A stretch of 64,000 bases of DNA from Octopus sinensis (taxonomy: Eukaryota). The stretch spans positions 195,114,001-195,178,000 of the forward strand of contig NC_042997.1 in NCBI RefSeq assembly GCF_006345805.1, in the 5' to 3' direction. Under the pieces are notes generated by a model. The model made no database searches and was not told the origin of the DNA. It was given only the letters and a program-made list of their open reading frames with translations. Below, piece by piece: positions 13,626 through 26,800 of the stretch (the stretch's first letter is position 1; every line of letters begins with the position of its first letter). Made by a program: the position numbers and the translations under genes.

Positions 13626-14237
13626 TATATACACATTTTTTGGTGGGTAGTTCAACTTTTACCCATGGGCAAGCATGGGTAAAAACTCAAGTTAACCCTT
13701 ATTTTGGGCTTTTTATTATTGTTTTAAATTTTGACAGTTTGTTATGTCTAAGTTGGTGTTGTTTTCTTTTTTTATTGTAACTTCCTTATAAACGAAAACT
13801 TTACATGTCTTTCTCTGAACTTTATGCAGACAATTCTATTTGTATATTCACAACAGCTACTCCAAATACTTATTTCTTCTCAGTAGTCTTATTACCCACC
13901 CTACTGCAAAGACGTGTGCACAAGCATTGCTTTATCTACTGGATCTACTTTACAACGTCTATCTGCCAAGTCGCTTCAGTTTTGTCCTACATTTTAACCA
14001 TTAAATAAAGTTGTAAAATATTTACTCTTGTCAATTAAGAACACATTGTTAGCTATTAGCAATTTTTTGCATCTATTTCTCCTAAGATTTTATTTTATGT
14101 TTTATACTTTATATTTATATACTTTTATTTATTCAATTCACCCACCCACCCTTTCCACTGTTTTAGCAATTTATGTGGTAGTTTGCAGTTTTACTTATCT
14201 GTTTGTCAAGGAAGTGTTTTGTATATAGCTAACATAT

Positions 14238-14612
14238 ACATGGGAGTGCTGAAAAGTTGGTGGCCGGTAATAAAGTCACAATTTTTGCTAGAAAAGTCAC
14301 AATTAACTTATGGGATCTGCACAAAGCCCCTCTAGGACAAAACACCCCTGGACAAAGCCCCTGTGCCTTTATTACCGTGACTTTTTCACCTGGATTTGAA
14401 AAGTTCCTGGCTTTGAGTAAAAGAAAATACAGGAGGATCAGTTAATTATGACTTTATTTATCGTATTCCTTCTCAGATTCTCACACTTACTGTAGCAGTG
14501 TTTCAGTTTTTCTAACCCCTGAAAAAAAACTCAGAATGTTGGGCCTCCAATCAAGCCTTTTGCAAGACCCTTTAAGCCAGGAATCTTTCACTGCTCCCTC
14601 GTCTATAGGCAC
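14238..14612. mobile_element. mariner-type MITE with a nested small element
   Basis: TIR-like ends tacatgggagtgctgaaaagtt(cctggc) and gccaggaatctttcactgctccctcgt. Insert 14259-14396 is flanked by a tgaaaagtt duplication. A partial inverted copy lies at 1423-1575. Confidence 0.7.
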
Positions 14613-14773
14613 AAACACGATTGTATGCATAAGAAATTTGCTTTGTATCCACACAGGTTTCGAGTTCAGTCCCACTGTTCAGCACTTTGGATAAGTGTCT
14701 TCTGTAGCCTTTGGCCAACCAATGCCTTGTGAGTGAATTTGATAGATTGGAAACTGCAGATGCCTGTCACATG

Positions 14774-14816
<43 letters not shown>

Positions 14817-15012
14817 TGTGTGTGTGGTCTCTTCCAGACTCTAGGATACTACTCAACTGCATGAATCCCTCTGTTGTGTGTGAGCTTTGCCACGTGTCAG
14901 GCTCAGTGGAACTTGCACTTTTGTTATTCTGTGATCACATTGTTCATTCCACTTTCTTTTTGAATTACCTCATCTCAGAAATGCTCCTACAATGATCTTC
15001 CTAGCATAGATC

Positions 15013-15430
15013 TGTAGCGGCACAAGCAGAGTGCACCATATTGGATGAGATCTTGCGGCAGCCGTTGCCTTCTCCGAGACTGGAGCGAGACCTCACCTGA
15101 ATCCATTTGCCATGCATGAGATCACAACAAGGCTTGCGATGGCAAACTGTATATAAGGGCAAAAGAGAAACAGATCCATTCTCTCTCTCTCTCTCTGCTT
15201 CTTCACAGCAGCGCTTGCTGAGCACACTTCACTGGCTGGGCCTGTCTGCATGTTGTACCTCCAGAGGCTATGTGCCCGCACTAACAGAGATACAACACAA
15301 TGCACACAGCTTGAGATGGTTGCTGAGAGCAATGCACTTCACCTGGTCTGTGAAACTTGTAAATAAAGCAATTGTAAATTGCATTTGTACTTAAAGACTT
15401 CTTTCTTCGCCTGCCGGAACCTGAACTACA
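15013..15430 (+). mobile_element. Probable solo LTR (418 bp)
   Basis: Termini TGTAG...CTACA; TATATAA at about 15149 and AATAAA at about 15362 in U3-R order. No matching TSD seen. Confidence 0.55.
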
Positions 15431-15542
15431 CAAAGAACAAGATATAATGGGAGAAGGCGATATTCTCCTGATAGCGTAAACCTTGCCTTCCATTATAGAT
15501 CTTTCCATGGCCCTTTATGTTGAAGCCAGTTCCTGTTCTTTT

Positions 15543-16045
15543 TCTTTACATTCCACATCTTCCGAAAGGATGAAAGGCAAAGTCGACCTCGGCGTAATTT
15601 GAACTCGGAACGTAACGACAGACAAAATACCTATTTCTTTAATGCCCACAAGGGGCTAAACACAGAGGGGACAAACAAGGACAGACAAACGGATTAAGTC
15701 GATTATATCGACCCCAGTGCATAACTGGTACTTAATTTATCGACCCCGAAAGGATGAAAGGCAAAGTCGACCTTTGCGGAATTGGAACTTGGAACGTAAC
15801 GACAGACGAAATACTTATTTCTTTAATACCCACAAGGGGCTAAACACAGAGGGGACAAACAAGGACAGACAAATGGATTAAGTCGATTATATCGACCCCA
15901 GTGCGTAACTGGTACTTAATTTATTGACCCCGAAAGGATGAAAGGCAAAGTCGACCTTGGCGGAATTTGAACTCGAAACGTAACGACAGACGAAATACGG
16001 CTATGCATTTCGCCCGGCATGCTAACGTTTCTGCCAGCTCGCCAC
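15543..16045 (-). mobile_element. SINE family B multimer (184-bp unit, about 2.6 copies)
   Basis: gaaaggatgaaaggcaaagtcgacc at 15564, 15748 and 15932. Confidence 0.9.
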
Positions 16046-16844
16046 CTGCATATAAGAGCACAAGTAGAGTGATGCTGTTGTGTTTATGAAAGAAATTAAT
16101 AACAAATGGTTGATGTACTGACTGGCAGTAGCCTCACTGGGGAGTGTTATGTTATTTTTATGGCTGCTGTTTAGTCTCAGGTCAGTCGTGATGGAACAAG
16201 CCAATGATCAAATGTGTTCTGGCTGTTCTCTTTTTTTTTTTTTTATGAAGATGGTATAATGTGATTGGAAGGAAACTTGGCTATTATTTCCAGCTGGGCA
16301 AACAACAACATTCAGGCTCCTTCATTACTCTCAACAGATTAGGTACCAGGTGTTGGTACAAATGTATTGGTTCTCTGATATCCAGGGATTCATACTCAAC
16401 ATGTGCTCTCTGATTTGTTTCTGGTGAAAGGGTTGATTCAGAGACAAGGGGAGTGGAACCATGTAGTGTGTGATATGGATGTGTGTATTCATGTGTACAC
16501 ACACAAACATACACTTGTGTGTGTGATTTACAAACTTTATTGCTCCAAACTAACTGCAAAACACCTGATAAGAAAATATGACGATCTAAAATAAAATGTT
16601 GAGGGAGAGAAGATGATAAAATACTGCAACACATTTAATTCAGTGTTGTTCTTTTTTGTTTCTTTGCTAACTTGGTGTCTCTAAAGTGAGATAAAATCCC
16701 TCTATAATAATGAGTTCTTATCAACCAGTCTACATGTATCTTCAGTTGTTATACTTTTTTGCTTTTAAAAACAAACATTCAAAACCAAATATCTGAAACT
16801 AACATCTGTTTTTCCGAATGTTTTTTTTTTCAGTAATTATATTA

Positions 16845-17031
16845 CTCTCTTTTTACTTGTTTCAGTCATTTGACTGAGGCCATGCTGGAGCAAATCGACC
16901 CCAGGACTTATTCTTTGTAAGCCTAGTACTTATTCTATCGGTCTCTTTTGCCGAACTGCTAAGTTACAGGGACATAAACACACCGGCATAGGTTGTCAAG
17001 CAATGTTGGCGGGACAAACACAGACACACAC

Positions 17032-17084
<53 letters not shown>

Positions 17085-17109
17085 ATATATAAGAAGCCCG
17101 TCATATATA

Positions 17110-17147
<38 letters not shown>

Positions 17148-17165
17148 AGAAGCCCGTCATATATA

Positions 17166-17220
<55 letters not shown>

Positions 17221-17362
17221 GTCTACCAAATCCACTCACAAGGCTGTGGTCGGCCCGAGGCTATAGTAGAAGACACTTGCCCAAGGTGCCACGCAGTGGG
17301 ACTGAACCCGGAACCATGTGGTTGGTAAGCAACCTACTTACCACAAGGCCACTCCTACGCCC
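16845..17362 (-). mobile_element. SINE family A copy with a 57-bp internal duplication
   Basis: Reverse copy; aagaagcccgtcatatatatgtgtg occurs twice (about 17091 and 17148). Confidence 0.88.
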
Positions 17363-18482
17363 TGCATACTCTAGAAGATTTATTTTATTTTTGTTTATTT
17401 ATTTCAACCACAGTTTGTAAACAATGACATCGTGTGTTACAGATTTCTAAAAGGTCAATCACCGACTTGTTCGTTACATTTCTGAGTGACAAGAAAATGT
17501 CTCTAGGTTTTGTGATTTGTACACATTGTTTATCTTCCTTGCTGATATACATTTATTAAAGATCTATAAATATATGCCTTTATATATATTAATCAAGTAT
17601 ACAGCATTATAGATCTAATTAGCTAATCTTACCTATTGGTTTTGCACTGGATATTAGATAAAAGTGCAATTAACACCATGTGTTCTTCAGAGGTGGCAGG
17701 CATGTTTATGAATGTTGATATTCCATAGTTTTGTTTGTCTTGAACCGAATGAAACAATAACATGCTGTCGACATTCTTTGTTAACAATCAATTGTTCTAC
17801 ACTTTTGAAGACCAGTGGATCAATGGAACTCTCTTACTCCCAAGTAATACTTGATATCAGGAAGGACATCAGACTGCAAATAATTTCCAATCAAACACTT
17901 TCTTGCATAAATAAACAGATATTAAATGAAGGAATGAAACAAGCAAATGATCTACCATTTAGACTGGCTCCTGTGCAGGTGGCATGTAAAAAACACCATT
18001 TGAGCGTGGCCGTTGCCAGTACCGCCTGACTGGCCCTCGTGTCGGTGGCATGTAAAAGCACCCACTACACTCTCGGAGTGGTTGGCGTTAGGAAGGGCAT
18101 CCAGCTGTAGAAACTCTGCCAGATCAAGATTGGAGCCTGGTGCAGCCATCTGGTTCACCAGTTCTCGGTCAAATCGTCCAACCCATGCTAGCATGGAAAG
18201 CGAACATTAAACAATGATGATGATGAATTGTCAGCATGCGGGACAAAATGCTTAGTGGCATCCTGTCCATCTTTACATTTTGAAGTTCAAATGCCACCGA
18301 GGTTGACTTAGCTTTTTATCCTTTCAGGGTTGATGAAATAAGCACCATTTGAACTCTGGGGTTGATATAACTGACTACCCCACTCCCCACTCCTAAAATT
18401 TCAGGCCTTGTGCCTGTAATGGAAACAATTATGTGTGTATGTTAATGTTGTTTAGGCCCAAGTCAGCTCTGATTCACCATTA

Positions 18483-18900
18483 TTACTTCTTTATTGCCCA
18501 CAAGGGGCTAAACACAGAGAGGACAAACATGGATAGACAAACGGATTAAGTCGATCATATCGACCCCAGTGCGTAACTGGTACTTATTTAATCGACCCCG
18601 AAAGGATGAAAGGCTAAGTCGACCTCAGCGGAATTTGTACTCACAACGTAATGACAGACGAAATACCTATTTCTTTACTACCCACAAGAGGCTAAACATA
18701 GAGAGGACAAACATGGACAGACTAACGGACTAAGTCGATTATATCGACCCCAGAGCGTAACTGGTACTTAATTAATCGACCCCGAAAGGATGAAAGGCTA
18801 AGTCGACCTCGATGGAATTTGAACTCAGAAAGTAGCAACAGACGAAATACCACTAGGCATTCCGCCCGGCGTGCTAACGTTTCTGCCAGCTCACTGCCTT
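18483..18900 (-). mobile_element. SINE family B dimer
   Basis: Two about 183-bp units plus head, with the same junction gaaatacctatttcttt. Confidence 0.9.
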
Positions 18901-19272
18901 CTGATTCACCATTCTGTTGACGAAAGATGTTCAAGCTGTGAACATCCAGTTTTTCTTATTGAGACATAGTGTATCTAGGACTAAATTATTTTAAGGTACT
19001 AGAGTGTGAGAGAGTAGTCGCTGTTGTGTCTAACAGAATGACTGATCAACAGAGACTTTCTAGTTAACTTGGTATGTATATGTGAGATTGGTAGTCAACA
19101 ATATATCAGTTAAGTACATGATTTATAAATTCTTTTTATTCATAAGGTATTTGTTGAGATGGATTTAGCAACAAAGAAATTGAGAGGTTAAAGTAAGGTT
19201 ACTACTGAAATTTGAAGCTATTGTTGAACTTTTACACCTTCAGCATGAAGCGTAGTGAACTGGAACATATCA

Positions 19273-19311
<39 letters not shown>

Positions 19312-22300
19312 TATAGGAGATAAATAAAAATATATGCATACATACAAACATATATGTACGTACCTACATCTACATGTATATATACATGCATATATAAATA
19401 ATTATACGGAAGTACAGGACATCACAATAAGACGTAGAAACAGAAAAAGCCAAAAAACAAAAAACAAGAAAACGGAAAACGAAAAACAAATACAGGAAGG
19501 TTACACAAGGACAAAAACCCCGTCATCAGCTGTCGCTAGAGGAGTCAGGCATGTTCGAAGGCATTACAGAACACTAATCCAATAGGCCTTCCTGCGAGAG
19601 AATTAAAATAAAATTTCAAGCAGCGGGGCACAATGAGTACGAACACAAACAAGACGTAACAATAAGACTGCAAAATTAAAATACATGTACAAAAACAAAC
19701 ACAAGAGAGGACGACGAAAAAGCCTTTTTTCTGGCATAGACAAACAATAAAACTGCAAAAATAAAAATACATGTAGAAAAAGTACAATTAGTTACAAAAC
19801 GAGAAAATAACAAGAATACTATACAGGAAATTAACCACACAAGGGGATATATATATATATAACTCATGTAAACATGGTTGCATGGTAAAGAAGTATGCTT
19901 TGCAACTATGTGGTTCTGGGTTCAGTTCCACTGTGTGGCACCTTGTGCAAGTGTCTTCTATTATAGCCCTGGGCCAACTGACGTCTTATGAGTGAATTTG
20001 GTTGAAAGAAGCCTCTTCTGTGTGTGTTACTGTCACTGCTTGGCAACCAGTGTTGGTTTGTTTATGTTCCTATAACATAGTGGTTCAGAAGTGATTAGTA
20101 GAATAAATTTTAGTGGCACAGGAAAAGTACCAGCTAAATATGGTCGATACCACTGCCCCTTGACTGGCTCCCATGCAGGTAGCACATAAAATGCACCATC
20201 CAAACGTGGCCAATGCCAGTACCGCCTGACTGGCTCCCAAGCCAGTGGCACGTAAAAAGCACCATCCGAACATGGTTGATGCCAGGTCCACATGCTGGTG
20301 ACACATAAAGAGCACTATCCAAATGTGATCAATGCCTGGGCCACCTGACTGGGTTCTGTGCCAGTGGCATGTAAAAAGCACCCACTATTCTCTTGGAATG
20401 GTTGGCAATAGGAAGGGCATCCAGCTGTAGAAACCTTGCCAAAGCAGATTGGAACCTGGTGCAGCTGCTGGCTCTCCAGTCCGCAGTCAAACTGTCCATC
20501 TCATGCCAGCATGGAAAAACAGACGTTAAACACTGATGATGATAATGACTTTACTTGTTTCAGTCATTAGACTATGGCCATGCTGCAGCACCATGAAGTT
20601 GACCCCTGTACTTATTCTTTCCTTTAAAGTTTAGTACTTATTCTGTTGGCCTCTTTTTGTTGAACTGCTAAGTTATGGGGATGTAAACACACCAACACAG
20701 AATGTCAAGTGATAATGATTATGATGGTGGTAATGATTGAACAAATACAGACACACACACACACACACAATAAGCTTCTAGCAGTTTCTGCCTATCAAAT
20801 TCACTCCCAAGACATTAGTTAGCCCAGGGCTACAGTAGAAGACACTTGCCCAAGGTGCTGTGCTGTAGGACTGAACCAAAAATGTCATGGTTGCAAAGCA
20901 AGCTTCTTAACTTCACAGCCTACTTGTAGCTAAAAATGTAGATTTTTAAAGGAACGCTATGATTAAATAAATTGATTTAAGCACATGCCTATTGATTTGT
21001 TGACCCTGGAAGGGTTGATCATCATTTAGCGTCTATTTTCCATGCTGGTATGTATTGTACGGTTGGAGAGGAGCTGACCAGCTGAAGGGCTGTTCAGGTT
21101 CCCTGGGGGAATCACAACCGTGTTTCGTGGTCTGCTACCACAACAGATCCTTTATAGGATCCAGTTAGCTCAAGACATCATCAGGAGGAACCACGTCCGG
21201 TTTCGGCCCCTACTCCTTTACCGTTTTGACGTGGCACCCCCCACCCCCACCCCTTTCGGAGGTGTCTTTAGCTCTGGTGTTGGGTGCATGTCTTCGTTCT
21301 TCTTCTTTCTTCTGTTCCCTGGCCTCTTCGATGTATCGTCAGCGAGTGTCAGCCGGTGACTGACTGACTTGTCAAATTTTTCCCTTTAAATACCTGCCGC
21401 ATAGGCTCCAGCAGGCAGTCCCAGCAAGTTGTCACGTGACACTGTCTCACCTTAACTGACTAATGAAGACGCGTAGTTTTAGCCTGCACTTTTTCTAAAT
21501 GACCGTCACCTGTCAGTCAGCTTGTCTCACCTAATGATGTTATTTCCCGTTGGCATGTTTATGACTTTCAAGCCATTTTCGGCATGGTTTCTATGGCTGG
21601 ATGCCCTTCCTAAGGCCAACCACTTTACAGAGTGTACTATGTGCTTTTATGCAGCACTGGCATAGATGCTTTTTACGTAGCACCATCACCTATGAGCCTG
21701 TGAGATTAGGGATGCTCAGCTGGAGAGGGTTATATGGTAAATTCAACCATAGCAGGATTTGAACTCAGAATGTAGAGGGGTGAATTTTAACTACCAATCA
21801 CAAGTCAGTTAGCTGAATATGCTGTCTTCTTTTATTTGTTTTATTGATTTTTTTTTGTGTTTATAGTATCATATTCTACTATCATATATACAATTAGCAA
21901 TGCTTAAGTCAGAGTCCTTAATTAAGCTTGTCAGTATGTTAGCAATAACAGTGTAATCTAAACCAGATAGCCTGAGGTCAAGAGATCTGCTATATGCTTA
22001 ATTATAATGTTTATATCAGGTTAAAGAATTTACAGTAAACAAACATAGAAAATTTAGTTCCCCCCTTTTGTTCTTCTGTAACTTAACATCAAAGTTTAAA
22101 TGTAAACAAGACACCTATACTATATAATAAAGAAAGCTGCTTATAAATTTAGATATGAATTTGTAACTTTTACTAAACGAAAGCAAGTATTAAAGTCTAC
22201 ACTGTTTAGAAAATTCTTATAAATTACAATTTTAATATGTTATCAAAATGTGGTTTGTAAAATATTTTTATCGTTGAATATTTCAACTCTACAATTCATT

Positions 22301-22876
22301 CACAAAACTAATTTTAATTCACTGTGACATAATCATCTTACACTGCATGATATGTTTTTTTTAACCTCTATTTATACTCCTCTGGGAATATAAAGTTGCC
22401 CAATATTTGCAACACTACTTTCTATAGACATATTAGTAAATATATTTCTCCAAATTAAAAGTTTGCACCAGCATCATCCAAAATATGTTGACTCCAATAT
22501 CTTTTCATATTTATTAGTTATTAAAGACAATAAACTGAGGACTTTTTCACAGCCATTCTAAGTCAACATAATAACCTGGTTTCTTTCAACTTCTAATGCT
22601 ATCTTTGAGTACTTGACATTATTCTAAATTTATTTATTAAGCAAATGAGTTCTGTAGGACAAAGGATATAAAGATACAAAGGCAAATTAGATGTATATAT
22701 ATATATATAATAAAAATTACAAAAAATCAGGAATTGAATGTGTTTCAGTCCCACTGCATGGATCCTTGGGCAAGTGTTTTCTATTAAAGCCTCAGGCTCA
22801 CCAGAGCTTTGTGAGTGGATTTGGTAGACGGAAACTGAAAAAAAAACCATCGTATACATACATACATACATATATA

Positions 22877-23070
22877 TGTTAGTTAGTTAGTTAGTTAATT
22901 TTTGGCTCAAAAAGCAAAAAAGCAAGGCCATGTAGGGGGACATGGAGTTATGTACTGGGTGGTGTTCATGTAAAGAGTTCAGGCCACTTGTGGTCAAGGG
23001 AGACTTTGAACCGAGTGGTCGTCGGCATCTTCACCATCTCGTCCGGCAGCTTATTCCATGGATCCGCAAC
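22877..23070 (-). mobile_element. CR1-type LINE 3' end, second copy
   Basis: Homologous to 9812-10021, with a (TTAG)n tail on the plus strand. Confidence 0.82.
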
Positions 23071-23834
23071 CCGTATATATATATAACTGCGTGTGTCTTT
23101 ATGTCTGTGTTTGTCTCCTACCCCCACTCGATAACTGGTATTCATATGTTTATGTCCCCATAACTTAGCGGTTTGGCAAAAGAGACTTATAGAATAAGAA
23201 CCAAGCTTAAAAAGAAAGGACTAGGGTCAATTCATTGAACTAAAAATTCCTCAACATGGTGCCCCAGCATGGCTGCAGTCTGATGACTGCAACAAACAAA
23301 GGATAAAAGGTATTCAAGAATGCAATTGCACTCCTTAGTGCAGGAATTGAAACCACAAACTTGCAATCATGAATGCAATGGCCTAAACTCCGGGCCATAC
23401 ATCATTGTATCTATAACAGATGAGACTAAATTAAATTCCATGTTGTTTATGGAAAAGCTTTCTTTTAATGTTTGCATAAGTTAAGACTTGAGAAAGGGAC
23501 TGTGCTCATAGATTCACAAGCATTCATAGACTGGTGAGAATGACACCATTAACATGATTTAAACTATTCTTTTACTTGTTTCAATCATTGGATTGCAGCC
23601 ATTCAATAGCTTGCATATAAATGTGTGTATTAAAAGACTCTGAGATGCTCTGTGGATTTTTTATAGAGAGGTGCAGGAGTGGCTGTGTGGTAAGTAGCTT
23701 GCTTACCAACCACATGGTTCCGGGTTCAGTCCCACTGCATGGCACCTTGGGCAAGTGTCTTCTACTATAACCTCAGGCCGACCAAAGCCTTGTGAGTGGA
23801 TTTGGTAGACGGAAACTGAAAGAAGCCCGTCGTA

Positions 23835-26800
23835 TTAGAGAGAGTGTTAGCTTAGATGATATGCAGTTTGGGTTGTGCCAGGGAAAAGTACTACTGATGC
23901 TATATTCCTGGTAAGACAGCTGCAGGAGAAATACCTAGCCAAAGACAAGCCCTTGTACCTGGCTTTTGTTGACTTGGAGAAAGCCTTTGACAGAGTCCCC
24001 CGATCCCTTATCTGGTGGTCAATGAGGAAACTAGGGATAGATGAATGGTTAGTGAGAGCTGTGCAAGCCATGTACAGAGACGCTGCTAGTAAGGTGAGGG
24101 TTGGCAACGAGTACAGTGAAGAATTCGGGTAGAGGTTGGGGTCCACCAAGGTTCAGTCCTCAGTCCCCTCCTATTTATCATAGTCCTCCAGGCAATAACG
24201 GAGGAATTCAAGACAGGATGCCCTGGGAGCTCCTCTATGCTGACGACCTTGCTCTAATTGCTGAGTCACTATCAGAACTGGAGGAGAAGTTTCAGGTGTG
24301 GAAACAAGGATTAGAATCGAAGGGCCTTAGAATCAACCTAGCCAAAACCAAAGTCCTAATAAGTAGGAAGGTGGACCAATCCAAAACGACTTCAGGTAGA
24401 TGGCCCTGCTCGATCTGTAAAAAAGGTGTAGGTAGAAACTCTATAAGGTGCACCAAGTGTAAGCTATGGACACATAAGAGGTGCAGCAATGTCAAAGGAA
24501 GGCTAACTAGGAAAATAGTTTTTGTCTGTGGCAGATGCTCAGGAGCAATAAACACTGGAAATGTGCAGAGACCAACTTCTACCACGTTCCAGGGAGACAA
24601 ACTAGAAGTAGTTGATAGCTTCCGCTACCTAGGAGACCAAGTCAGTAGCGGGGGTGTGGGTGTGCTGAAAGTGTAACTGCTAGAGTAAGAATAGCTTGGG
24701 CAAAGTTTAGAGAGCTCTTACCCCTGCTGGTGACAAAAGGCCTCTCGCTCAGAGTAAAAGGCAGACTGTATGATGCATGTGTACGTACAGCCATGCTACA
24801 TGGTAGTGAAACATGGGCGTGACTGCTGAGGATATGCGTAAGCTTGCAAGAAATGAAGCCAGTATGCTCCGATGGATGTGTAATGTCAGTGTTCATAATC
24901 GTCAGAGTGTAAGTACCTTGAGAGAAAAGTTGAACCTAAGAAGCGTCAATTGTGGTGTGCAAGAGAGACGTTTGCGCTGGTATGGTCATGTGACGAGAAT
25001 GGCTGTAGATAGTTGTGTGCAAAAGTGCTACACCCTAGCAGTTGAGGGAACCTGTGGAAGAGGTAGACCCAGGAAAACCTGGGATGAGGTGGTGAAGCAC
25101 GACCTTCGAACTTTAGGTCTCACCAAGGAAATGACTAGAGACCGAGACCTATAGAAGTATGCTGTGCGTGAGAAGACCCGGCAAGAGTAGTCAGGCCATA
25201 ACCCATGGCCCCTACCTGGGACGTAGTCAGTCCACCTGTGCATACCTTCCTTCTTGTGACACTTGTGAAGACATGTTGAGGCAAGTGAAAGTGAAAATCA
25301 AAATAAAATAGATGATCATCAATGGAATTTGTATCTTTGTTACCAGTGCCGGTGGCACACAAGAAAACCATCCGAACGTGGCTGTAGGCAGTACTGCATC
25401 GACTGGCCTCCGTGCTGTGGGCACGTAACAAACACCATCCGATCGTGGCCGTTCGCCAGCCTCATCTGGCACCTGTGTCGGTGGCACAAAAAGACACCAT
25501 CCGAAGACCCGGCAAGACTAGTCAGGCCATAACCCGTGGCCCCTACCTGGGACGTAGTCAGTTCACCTGTGCATACCTTCCTTCTTGTGACACTTGTGAA
25601 GACCTGTTGAGGCAAGTGAAAATCAAAAAATCAAAACAAATCAAAATAGATGAATATCAATGGAATTTGTATCTTTGTTACCAGTGCCGGTGGCACACAA
25701 GAAAACCATCCGAACATGGCCGTAGGCAGTACTGCATCGACTGGCCTCCGTGCTGTGGGCACGTAACAAACACCATCCGATCGTGGCCGTTCGCCAGCCT
25801 CATCCGGCACCTGTGTCGGTGGCACATAAAAACACCATCCGAAGACCCGGCAAGACTAGGCACCTGTGTCGGTGGCACATAAAAACACCATCTGAAGACC
25901 CGGCAAGACTAGTCAGGCCATAATCCGTGGCCCCAACCTGGGACGTAGTCAGCCCACCTGTGCATACCTCCTTCTTGTGACACTTGTGAAGACCTTTTGA
26001 GGCAAGTGAAAGTGAAAATCAAAATAAAATAGATGAACATCAATGGAATTTGTATCTTTATGGTACCAGTGCCGGTGGCACACACAAGAAAACATCCGAA
26101 CGTGGCCGTAGCCAGTACCGCATCGACTGGCCTCCGTGCTGTGGGCACGTAACAAACACCATCCGATCATGTCCGTTCGCCAGCCTCATCAGGCACCTGT
26201 GTCGGTGGCACATAAAAACACCATCTGAAGACCCGGCAAGACTAGTCAGGCCATAACCCGTGGCCCCTACCTGGGACGTAGTCAGTCCGCTTGTGCATAC
26301 CTTCCTTCTTGTGACACTTGTGAAGACCTGTTGAGGCAAGTGATCAAATCAAAACAAATCAAAATAGACGAACATCAATGGAATTTGTATCTTTGTGGTA
26401 CCAGGGCCGGTGGCACACAAGATAACCATCCGAACATGGCCGTAGCCAGTACCACATCGACTGGCCTCTGTGCTGTGGGCTCATAACAAACACCATCCGA
26501 TCGTGGCCGTTCGCCAGCCTCATCTGGCACCTGTGTCGGTGGCACATAAAAACACCATCCGAAGACCCGGCAAGACTAGTCAGGCCATAACCCGTGGCCT
26601 CTACCTGGGACGTAGTCAGTCCACCTGTGCATACCTTCCTTCTTGTGACACTTGTGAAGACCTGTTGAGACAAGTGATCAAATCAAATCAAAATAGATGA
26701 ACATCAATGGAATTTGTATCTTTGTGGTACCAGTGCCGGTGGCACACAAGAAAACCATCCGAACGTGGCCGTAGCCAGTACCGCATCGACTGGCCTCCGT

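Noticed and set aside
17638-17870. Minus-strand donor AG|GTAAGA as an upstream partner of the ITAM-like segment
   Set aside because: The required frame has an in-frame TAA with no intervening acceptor.
19037-19072. 36-nt micro-exon candidate (ctaacAG ... TTG|GTATGT)
   Set aside because: It has splice-like signals only, contains ATG..TAG, and cannot be linked to any gene without transcript data.
19500-19560. CTGATGA on the minus strand suggesting a hammerhead
   Set aside because: No downstream helix II closure or GAAA was found.
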